From the NCBI GenBank assembly GCA_036741815.1, contig DAINRN010000001.1:1-43009 (forward strand): a DNA stretch of 43,009 bases. Reading direction: 5' to 3'. Below are positions 11,201 to 16,362 of this stretch, in pieces; the first letter of the stretch is position 1, and each line of letters opens with the position of its first letter. Made by a program: the position numbers and the translations under genes. Source of the stretch: Acidobacteriota bacterium (GTDB taxonomy: Bacteria; Acidobacteriota; Vicinamibacteria; Fen-336). Below the pieces are notes generated by a model, which was not told the DNA's origin, did no database searches, and was given only the letters and a program-made list of their open reading frames with translations.

Positions 11201-12770
11201 AGGTACTGGGCTCGCGCGGGCGGATGGTCTCCACCGGCGGGGTCATGGCTCGTTCGCGCGCCGCGTACTGCTCGCCGAAGTCAAAGCTCGGCAGCACTGG
11301 CGCCGGCTGGGGGTTGGGGAGCGGGTCACTGTACATCCCCGCCGCGCCAGGGACCGCCGGCGGGAAGACTTGCGGTGGGGGTGGCTCGGGCGGAGGCGTG
11401 AGGGAGAGCGGGAGGTCGTAGGAGCTTTGTCCCAGCACGGGGTCCTGCCCCAGGCCGTAGGCATTGGCCCCGATGTTCCGCAGGGGCGGCGTGTAGGTCT
11501 TGAACGGCGAGGGGGCCGAGGGCGGCGGCACGAAGCTCTGCGCGGCCTCGATCGCCTGGCGGTTGATGGCGGCCAGGTCCGGCGCGCCGGCGGCCGTGCG
11601 GCCAGGCTGGGGGGGGAGCTGACTGCCCGGCAGGGGCTCAGGGATGGGCGGCTCGACCCCGTCGGGCAGGATCTTGGCCAGGTAGCGGCGGGTCTCCTCG
11701 AAGGGAGGGACCCCGCCGTACTGCTTCACCGCGCCAGGTCCGGCGTTGTAAGCGGCCAGGGCGGTGGCGGTGGAGCCGTACTGGCGCACGTAGCCGGCCA
11801 TCAGCTTCGCCGCGTAGTCGAGGCTCTCGAAGGGGTCATTGACGTTCACGCCAGGGTGGAACTGGGGCACGATCTGCGCGATGCCCTGCGCGCCGGCACT
11901 CGAGGCGCCGGTGATCTTGAACCCATTCTCTTGCTGGATCTGGCGCTCGAACACGTCGGGGTCGAACCCTGCCCGCTGGGCGGCGCCGCGCGCGTAGGCC
12001 CGCAGCCCCTCGGGGGAGGGGTCCCGCCGCGCGATGCTCTCGCCAGGAGTGAACGGGTTGTCGAGGTACAGCGCATGGGACGGCTGGCCGGCCACTCGCG
12101 CGATCTCCTCAGGGCTCATCCACTCTTTGCCGCCGCGATAGGCCGTCCCTGATGGTCCCACGAAGTAGCGGTCGTCCTCGGGGCGGTAGCCCAGGATCTG
12201 CCAGTAGTGGCCGGCCTCCCCCTGGAGCCCTGGCCCGCCGCTCGAGCTGAGCATGACGGGGTTGCCGTTCTGCACGTCCTGCTGCACCGCGCCCCAGTTG
12301 ACGCCGGCCTCCAGGCGGGTGGGCACCCCCATGGCGGTGAGGAGCTTCTGCTGGGCCTGCGGTCCCGCCTGGCCGCCCTCGGTCCAGCCGGTCTGCCGCG
12401 CCAGCACCAGGGCCTCTTGCAGGCTGGGCGGGCGGCCGGTGGTGGCCGCGAAGGCGATGGCCGCGGCCGGTCCACAGGCCGCCAGGGCCTCGGCGTAGGT
12501 CACGCCTGGCTGGTTGAACTGGCTCTGGCCCAGTGCCATGAGCTGCTCGGGTGAGCGCCCCGCCGTCGAGGATGGAGGACCAGCAGCCGGCGGGGCGCTC
12601 AGAGGCGCCGCAGGGGGCGGAGGGGTGAATTGCACGGGGTTGGCCACCATCTGCTCGAGCGCCGAGGTGTCCGGCGGGCGGTAGCGGTACTCCTCACGGT
12701 TGGCCGAGCGGAGCTGGCGCTGGAGGAGCAGCTCGTTGTGCTCTTCCTCGGTGATGCTAGGGAGCGGCAT
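5223..12770 (-). CDS. giant 2,515-aa multidomain virion/ejection-type protein (papain-like peptidase module + SLT lytic transglycosylase + Ala-rich coiled coil + unassigned domains)
   Basis: Single uninterrupted ORF in the track. Motifs are listed in the two domain features below. It sits in the late operon between the portal and capsid genes. Confidence 0.85.
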   Translation of the reverse strand: MPLPSITEEEHNELLLQRQLRSANREEYRYRPPDTSALEQMVANPVQFTPPPPAAPLSAPPAAGPPSSTAGRSPEQLMALGQSQFNQPGVTYAEALAACGPAAAIAFAATTGRPPSLQEALVLARQTGWTEGGQAGPQAQQKLLTAMGVPTRLEAGVNWGAVQQDVQNGNPVMLSSSGGPGLQGEAGHYWQILGYRPEDDRYFVGPSGTAYRGGKEWMSPEEIARVAGQPSHALYLDNPFTPGESIARRDPSPEGLRAYARGAAQRAGFDPDVFERQIQQENGFKITGASSAGAQGIAQIVPQFHPGVNVNDPFESLDYAAKLMAGYVRQYGSTATALAAYNAGPGAVKQYGGVPPFEETRRYLAKILPDGVEPPIPEPLPGSQLPPQPGRTAAGAPDLAAINRQAIEAAQSFVPPPSAPSPFKTYTPPLRNIGANAYGLGQDPVLGQSSYDLPLSLTPPPEPPPPQVFPPAVPGAAGMYSDPLPNPQPAPVLPSFDFGEQYAARERAMTPPVETIRPREPSTWQLPSIGPYTPPPIPLDNPVSAIQNAAARYPQDPLRGVIQGAAEAPIGAIAGAGPAANAGLRALLPDLYAKPEAALRYQPTPEQIAATQLPLPFQGREVPGLGRVPEGGTLSPLELIPPEGLGVGAVVENALDPTNFIPGAKAGHMIDRLVGGVGRAFERAADIPGRAGMSLGRNLAERGAVTAAPPAGASGPLAARAAAQFDEVAAQAQREGNPLAELEARRAADRVRQSVTPSQPELPFAAAPTEAERAAGLATQPLGRATAPERAAGLATQSRLPGFEPSYGQAASANALLPPSTFGIGQAAERTAATIARQGAIGAVEGAGGGVLAARTTGGEDTSSGDYLKYGTLAGLAGFALGAFPRGTGARIGEAVTLAARGGTKTEAPANLAEAEAALGATRAAYQAALRADELARATPEALARHPDLVKAQTAVTAAEQALAAVDRHADVLKANAAVDAARAKYEAAQHAVANARGAKQATSLEKAAANAEAKIAEAEAKAQQKLLDTQQALEKKHAEALGKLPTATTKAQEAIAKLEVRAGEGLRKTIGPVRTAELAHAEFAGVPLPDDWEAGWRDVIERFRPPAESAPPGVNVGNLQRLAGQAAPDVEAYLAGKVPSIREGGLAVGDPGLPEGPEKAVNDFMSARALASPDGVAHASVTEMFDAFPQGPRPEAPFSPQRWSDSSSKFETGKSQYGLPRTMDELRLALDIGMPWMHWYHLFATEAEKLVGQDNMREWSALFAATSPQTSVEENFAQSLAIMRWARELARDDLLTRDNLGKKWEASRWNDPSLTTKPKRVRNPATGQMETVPGGPPKFWGSGDKLDKAWAIYKDGFADVKGLKTASYGGNILNMAHLKYDPHSVIDTWMAKLFGFKYDEWLAGDNNTYRLADGLTRYLARERGIAPNQAQAAMWFAMKQMTEHPATKSLRDAVDEGRMSLGEALLKAKQAGVFESGEAESGDLTSVLNDPKMLESRRLGTSDEAKAAGLDIASARAAQADLSAPGTEQLRSPGAGSKGAQPLPVGEAAAESGYRSIAERQAPVIAIGSADQAALGLRHAYDLEDGTPAYLMEGIELVHRVVPTDYGLQVVVPGGNRQTTTGIADVILERLPPEVESIGIHVPDVHYGEVGGIQINAQGEQLDALVAALKDAEYLTSTSSERDFVRVVVPEESAAVARQIGELIQTHAPGASWEDYRAWNESRARGDISTGARPAGVPPRAGEPPRVSERGSDHGASGPGGTDAAGAGARPNALGAFAGAGAGQLGTEEETSPEERLVRGLGGAAAGFAGFRAGGFGRRAASAGARAAAAEESPTQAIADAREAFRAAQSAATGQGKSGLPQAELADLAEAVTRYRASEAGGRQGEAVRVLTQMARHPELVADPGARARTLLSSMYKNRKEADFAKYLNEVDLEDPLATARAIKVLGQKNLGDYASWAWYNSLLSAPVGRIRDLISTQAALAAYPLEKAAAVPIDAVIGRFTGKRTIYGGEVAAEYAGMAAALGEGVQDALDVLRHGATVSAAREDLAAVGPEAVQGPFGGALLNAPTRLVKANDALARAQAQKGIIYADAYRLAKQEGLKGDAFAERAATLRVNPTDEMIAHAQDLASEKLWQKTNLVTEKVGHLKELPGMTAILPFHATPINLAKFAMERSPIGFGMLGVQGLRGKATQQMVSEGVARASIGSALMAGMYGLAQQDLITGQTPSDAAERDEWARIGKQPYSIKIGDTWHSYQLLPIAPVLAAGPAIADAVAHKDADSGNAIYTTAALAMARAMTDQPMMQTLAQALDAVHEPEKKGGAFIEGLARSVVPGVVGAAARASDERVRNPEGPWEAILAVIPGANQLVPERQTAFGQPAERAAGMRGVGGLVNPFRSTPEHTNLVERELTRLHLPSEGYRVQPGMVGRTLQIGSEPVRLTREEQATYQGAAGQLTFGLLYQAMNTPEWKGASDEEQRKYVHQVYAKAREQARGQVIPQLQERARGQEERRRERLAG
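11667..12008 (-). other. SLT (soluble lytic transglycosylase) domain within the giant ORF (aa ~255-368)
   Basis: Canonical SLT motifs are present: FERQIQQENGF (catalytic Glu), AQGIAQIVP and ALAAYNAGPGAV. Confidence 0.85.
12051..12548 (-). other. papain-like (C39-type) cysteine peptidase-like module within the giant ORF (aa ~75-240)
   Basis: Candidate nucleophile in AEALAACGPAAAIAFA (Cys99). Candidate His in GEAGHYWQILGY (His188). The spacing and context resemble C39-like peptidase folds. This is pattern recognition only. Confidence 0.4.
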
Positions 12771-13146
12771 GGTACTTCGCCTCCCGCGCTCGGCGCGCCT
12801 CGCGCTCGAGGGTCACCAGCTTCTGAAAGCGGCGCTCCAGAGCTTCCTCCAGGGGGACGCCCTCCTGTTCCATGATCAGCGCGTTGGTGTAGGCGACCCA
12901 CTTGTCGCCCCCACTCTGGAGCAGCGGGTCCGTCGCGATCATCTCCGCGATTTCCGCGTGCTGGAGGTCGGCGCAGGAGTCACACAGCGGCCCCAGCCAG
13001 CCGCCGGCGAGCTTCGCGGTCGCGCAGGTACAGTCGGGGTTGCGGGCGGGGAGCGTCGGCTCGGCCGCCATGACCTCGTCGGCCGCCTGGGAGAAGCGAG
13101 CGCGCTCCTCGGGGGTCAACGGGTCCTCAGTAGGCTGGCTGGTCAT
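12757..13146 (-). CDS. hypothetical 129-aa protein with a Cys cluster (CTC...CDSC)
   Basis: Track frame 12757-13257. I set the start to the ATG at 13144-13146, which follows GGAGGAGGG. Sequence: MTSQPTEDPLTPEERARF...NPDCTCATAKLAGGWLGPLCDSCADLQH. Confidence 0.65.
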   Translation of the reverse strand: MTSQPTEDPLTPEERARFSQAADEVMAAEPTLPARNPDCTCATAKLAGGWLGPLCDSCADLQHAEIAEMIATDPLLQSGGDKWVAYTNALIMEQEGVPLEEALERRFQKLVTLEREARRAREAKYHAAP

Positions 13147-14281
13147 AGGGCGTCCCTCCTCCCCCGCGCACGCTCCCGCCGAGCTGGCGCCGACGGCGGC
13201 GCATGGCCAGGTAGGCCCGCTCCTCAGGGGTGGCATGCACGCCAGGGTCCTCCTCACGCAGGAGGATGGAAGCGCGGGGGCTGGCGGGGAACTTGGCGGG
13301 GTCGTTGGGGTCGCCCAGCACCAGGCGCTCGAGGCGGGCGTAGTCGGCCTCCCCCTGCTCGGAGCCGATGGAGGACTGCGCCAGGTTGTTCAGGCTGGCG
13401 GCGCCGCGTCCCACGGTGTTCCCGCGATCCAGGTGGATGCCGAACGCCTCATTCCCGCGCATGGTATTGCGGGCGGACTCGTCCACGCTCATCCCGAACT
13501 GGGGGCCACTGAGCCACTGCGGGCGGGGCTGGTAGGGGCCGAGCAGCTGCGCTTCCTGGGGGCCAAGCGCGTGACGCTGGCTGTACGGCTCGGGCAGACC
13601 GGCCAGGGGCAGGGGGTTCAGCTCGGGGGTGTACACCTGGGGGCCGGCGGCGGCGGCCGCTTCCTGGGCGCCCACCGCCTGTTGCCACTCGGCGCGCTGC
13701 TGCTGGGCCTTGATCCGCTCGTCGCTGATGGCCGAGCGGGCCGCCATCTGCTGACCGGCCAGACCGGCGCCGCTGGGCGGCGCGGTGGTGGGCGTGTACT
13801 GGCCGAAGCGATTGAGAAGCGACTCGTTCCGCATGGCCTCCTCGCGGAGGTCGAACTGGCGGCGCTGCTCCTGGCGGGCGGCCTGGTCGTTCAGCAGCTC
13901 GTACTGCCACTTCTGCTTGTAGTATTCCGCCTCGGTGGTCGGCGCCCCGCCCCAGCCAGGCGGGGCGCCCTGATAGCCCGGCGGGGGCTCATTGGGGACG
14001 CGGGTAGCCTCGAGCAAGGCGCGGGGGTCGTAGGAGAGGGGGCCGCCGGAGCTGCCGGCGGGGAGGGTGGAGCCCTGCACGCCACCGGTGGTGTCCGGCG
14101 GGGCGGGCGGCGCCGGCTGGTAGGGGTAGCCCGCGAGGGCGGCGCGCACCTGGGGGCTCATGCCCCACGGGTAGACGCCACTGGGGGCGCCCTCGAGGGG
14201 GACGTTATCGTAGAGGTCTTGCAGGGAACGTATACGGACGGGTTTCGGCGGCGGCGCGTAGCGCGGGCGAGGAGCGACCAC
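13127..14281 (-). CDS. Pro/Gln-rich hypothetical protein, 384 aa (virion-internal role possible)
   Basis: ORF track; GTG start. It overlaps the 3' end of the upstream ORF by about 77 nt. That upstream frame loses third-position G/C within the overlap. Confidence 0.65.
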   Translation of the reverse strand: MVAPRPRYAPPPKPVRIRSLQDLYDNVPLEGAPSGVYPWGMSPQVRAALAGYPYQPAPPAPPDTTGGVQGSTLPAGSSGGPLSYDPRALLEATRVPNEPPPGYQGAPPGWGGAPTTEAEYYKQKWQYELLNDQAARQEQRRQFDLREEAMRNESLLNRFGQYTPTTAPPSGAGLAGQQMAARSAISDERIKAQQQRAEWQQAVGAQEAAAAAGPQVYTPELNPLPLAGLPEPYSQRHALGPQEAQLLGPYQPRPQWLSGPQFGMSVDESARNTMRGNEAFGIHLDRGNTVGRGAASLNNLAQSSIGSEQGEADYARLERLVLGDPNDPAKFPASPRASILLREEDPGVHATPEERAYLAMRRRRRQLGGSVRGGGGTPYDQPAY

Positions 14282-14687
14282 CAGGGACTCGCATTTCTGA
14301 GGGGCGCTCGGGGGCGATCATCGCATCAGGGAGACCCGCGCGGCCTTCCCGCTCCGCCTTCCGCAAACGGGCGATCAGGTCCTTCTGCTCGTTCTCCGGC
14401 GCGCGGGTCACCAGCTCGGCCACGGCCTCGAGGTCGGGCGTCGGCTGGAGCATACCACGGGGCATGTAGAGCTTCCGCCACCACGCCTCGAACTCGTCCT
14501 GGGTCGGGGCGTTGGCCATGTAGGGCGGGTGCTCGCCGGCAATGCGGTGGTACACATTGTCGATCAAGGGCGGGGTGTCGTTGACCACGGTGTCCACCGC
14601 CCGCTCCCACATATGGGTGGGCCGCAGGCTGGGCTGGCGGGTGTCCTGGGGGGCCAGCGGCTGCTGGGTGGGGGTGGGCTCACGCAT
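14205..14687 (-). CDS. hypothetical protein, 160 aa
   Basis: ORF track. The ATG at 14685-14687 lies inside direct-repeat copy 1. The last ~25 codons overlap the next gene. Confidence 0.6.
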   Translation of the reverse strand: MREPTPTQQPLAPQDTRQPSLRPTHMWERAVDTVVNDTPPLIDNVYHRIAGEHPPYMANAPTQDEFEAWWRKLYMPRGMLQPTPDLEAVAELVTRAPENEQKDLIARLRKAEREGRAGLPDAMIAPERPSEMRVPGGRSSPALRAAAETRPYTFPARPLR

Positions 14688-14717
14688 CAGTGACCATCCC
14701 GCTCATCGAGCGCCTGG
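14657..14717. repeat. direct repeat copy 1 (61 bp) of a gene-junction sequence
   Basis: gcggctgctgggtgggggtgggctcacgcatcagtgaccatcccgctcatcgagcgcctgg. It matches 15056-15115 except for one extra g and one c/a mismatch. Confidence 0.9.
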
Positions 14718-15021
14718 TGAGCGCCTCGCGGGCTTGCTGATACGCTGCCTCTGCACCATAGGCATACGTGGCCCCCTCGGTACGAGGGTTCTGCGCCTCG
14801 ATCTGCGCCAGTGCCCAGCCGAGCGCCGCCCGTAGCCGCTCGTTCTCGGCGGCCAGCGCGTTACGGGTCAAGTGAGTGTCCACTACTATCCCGCGCGGGT
14901 GCCACTCGGAGCGGTGCACGGTCTCCCCCAACCTATCCTCCACTACCACGTAACCAGAGCCATCGGTGCGACCATGCACCGTGATCTTTTGCTCGTTGGC
15001 ATACAGCACCTGCTCAGCCAT
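14680..15021 (-). CDS. hypothetical 113-aa protein bracketed by the 60-bp direct repeats (moron-like insertion)
   Basis: ORF track; GGAGGGGGAG SD before the ATG. Its last ~12-13 codons are read from repeat copy 1 in a frame different from the one used in copy 2. Confidence 0.6.
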   Translation of the reverse strand: MAEQVLYANEQKITVHGRTDGSGYVVVEDRLGETVHRSEWHPRGIVVDTHLTRNALAAENERLRAALGWALAQIEAQNPRTEGATYAYGAEAAYQQAREALTRRSMSGMVTDA

Positions 15022-15055
15022 CTACTCCCCCTCCTTCCCCGTCGCGTGGGCCGGT

Positions 15056-15115
15056 GCGGCTGCTGGGTGGGGTGGGCTCACGCATCAGTGACCATCCCGC
15101 TCATAGAGCGCCTGG
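15056..15115. repeat. direct repeat copy 2 (60 bp)
   Basis: gcggctgctgggtggggtgggctcacgcatcagtgaccatcccgctcatagagcgcctgg. It contains the stop of ORF 15085-15282 and a remnant ATGCGTGAGCCCACC start. Confidence 0.9.
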
Positions 15116-15282
15116 CGCAGGTACTGGCAGAGGTCCAGGGCCTCCTCGTAGGCATCGCGGAGCGCATCGCGTCCGTTGTGGGGCACTAACACCTCCCCAT
15201 ACTTCTGGAGACCGGCGGCGGCCCGCACCGAAAGGTCCGACTGCACGAGCTTCACGATCCAGGGCCGCTGGTCGGTCTGCAT
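15085..15282 (-). CDS. hypothetical 65-aa protein (weak resemblance to small all-alpha MazG-like NTP-pyrophosphohydrolase-fold phage proteins)
   Basis: ORF track. The motif GLQKYGEVLVPHNGRDALRDAYEEALDLCQYLRQAL is reminiscent of that family. I could not test the match. Confidence 0.5.
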   Translation of the reverse strand: MQTDQRPWIVKLVQSDLSVRAAAGLQKYGEVLVPHNGRDALRDAYEEALDLCQYLRQALYERDGH

Positions 15283-15464
15283 CAGGCCACCTCTTGGAGC
15301 TGGGCGTCCTTGAGGAGCTGCACGATGTGGCGCAGCATGAGGCGGTCGATGGGCCGCAGCACGAACGGCTGGCCGTCCTCGAAGTCCAGCACGTCCTCGA
15401 GCCAGCCCGCCGCCACCGCGTAGGTCAGGTCCTCGAGTTGGACGGTGGTCGCCCGTTCCGCCAT
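15282..15464 (-). CDS. hypothetical protein, 60 aa
   Basis: ORF track; acidic and helical. The stop and the next start share one nt. Confidence 0.55.
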   Translation of the reverse strand: MAERATTVQLEDLTYAVAAGWLEDVLDFEDGQPFVLRPIDRLMLRHIVQLLKDAQLQEVA

Positions 15465-15465
15465 G

Positions 15466-15573
15466 TCATCGCTCCCGCAGCCAGCCGGCCAGGTACTCGA
15501 GCAGGGTGTAGGCCACCAGGGTGAGGAAGAAGCAGCCCACCACCGCGAACAGGAACAGGATCAGCTCACCCAC
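15466..15573 (-). CDS. tiny hydrophobic peptide, 35 aa, single predicted TM (not in ORF track)
   Basis: My translation is (GTG)GELILFLFAVVGCFFLTLVAYTLLEYLAGWLRER. The GTG overlaps the stop of the preceding tiny ORF. Its stop lies 1 nt before the next ATG. Confidence 0.35.
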   Translation of the reverse strand: MGELILFLFAVVGCFFLTLVAYTLLEYLAGWLRER

Positions 15574-15670
15574 GAAAGTGCCACCTCGCGAATTGGTCGA
15601 GGCGCTCCCACGCCCAGCCCACCATCAGCCAGAGCATAGCACCGACCGCCAGCCCCATGACACCGGCCAA
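15566..15670 (-). CDS. tiny hydrophobic peptide (34 aa from TTG 15670; 30 aa from ATG 15658; 52 aa if the CTG at 15724 is used)
   Basis: My translation is ...LALWTLYALGLLAGVMGLAVGAMLWLMVGWAWERLDQFARWHFRG. The frame is open from 15724, where CTGA overlaps the upstream stop. Confidence 0.3.
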   Translation of the reverse strand: MAGVMGLAVGAMLWLMVGWAWERLDQFARWHFRG

Positions 15671-15720
15671 GAGCCCCAGCGCGTAGAGGGTCCAGAGCGC
15701 CAGGTCCGGCGCCTCGGGGT

Positions 15721-16116
15721 TCAGGGGAAGCTCCGATAGTGGGTGATGCCGTCACGGGCGTACTCGTAGACGGCCCGCAGCTCGGCGATGGCCCGCTCCC
15801 TGGCCGGTCCCTCCGGCACCATCTCGCGGAGGATCTGGTGCAGCGCCAGGCAGACGTTCCAGACGGCGATGAGGCTGGCGCGCTCCCCCTCCTCGAGGTC
15901 CTCGAGCCCCTTCACCGGCAGCGGCATGAAGGTGCGCTGGTGGGCGAGCGGCTGCTGCCCCAGCGCGGCGTCCAGCTCCTCCTGGGCCTCGGTGGCCCGC
16001 CGGCGGAGGTCGATGAGCTGGCGGAGCTGAGTGGGGGTGGCCGGCGTGTGCGCCAGCTCGTCGGCCAGGGACTTCAGGCGGGCGGTTTGTTCAGGGGTTT
16101 CTTCAGAGCTTGGCAT
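15721..16116 (-). CDS. hypothetical protein, 131 aa
   Basis: ORF track. The ATG shares one nt with the upstream stop. Confidence 0.65.
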   Translation of the reverse strand: MPSSEETPEQTARLKSLADELAHTPATPTQLRQLIDLRRRATEAQEELDAALGQQPLAHQRTFMPLPVKGLEDLEEGERASLIAVWNVCLALHQILREMVPEGPARERAIAELRAVYEYARDGITHYRSFP

Positions 16117-16352
16117 CAGTCATCCACCACCACACTCACCGCCCAACCATAGACGGCGGTCAACATCTCGAGCGCCACCTGGCGCTCCCCCGACGCCACC
16201 ATACGCGTCATCAGGAGCGCCATCAGCTCCCCATAGGGACCGCGCAGCGCCTGGAGTGACGCCTGCTGCTCGCGGTTCAAGTGGGCAACCTGCTCGGGCG
16301 TGGGAAGGGGCGGGACGGAGAGCTGATAGCGTGAGGTACGGGTATCCTGCAT
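16116..16352 (-). CDS. hypothetical protein, 78 aa
   Basis: Track frame 16116-16598. I set the start to the ATG at 16350-16352, which follows AAGGAGGA just after the portal stop. Confidence 0.6.
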   Translation of the reverse strand: MQDTRTSRYQLSVPPLPTPEQVAHLNREQQASLQALRGPYGELMALLMTRMVASGERQVALEMLTAVYGWAVSVVVDD

Positions 16353-16362
16353 GGCGTCCTCC

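Noticed and set aside
5223-12770. A virion RNA polymerase (N4-like or crAss-like) hidden in the giant ORF.
   Set aside because: I looked for T7-like motif B/C patterns and for a DxDGD-type two-barrel motif. I found only a loose K..K...YG string (VKGLKTASYGG) with the wrong spacing. That is not enough to claim a polymerase.
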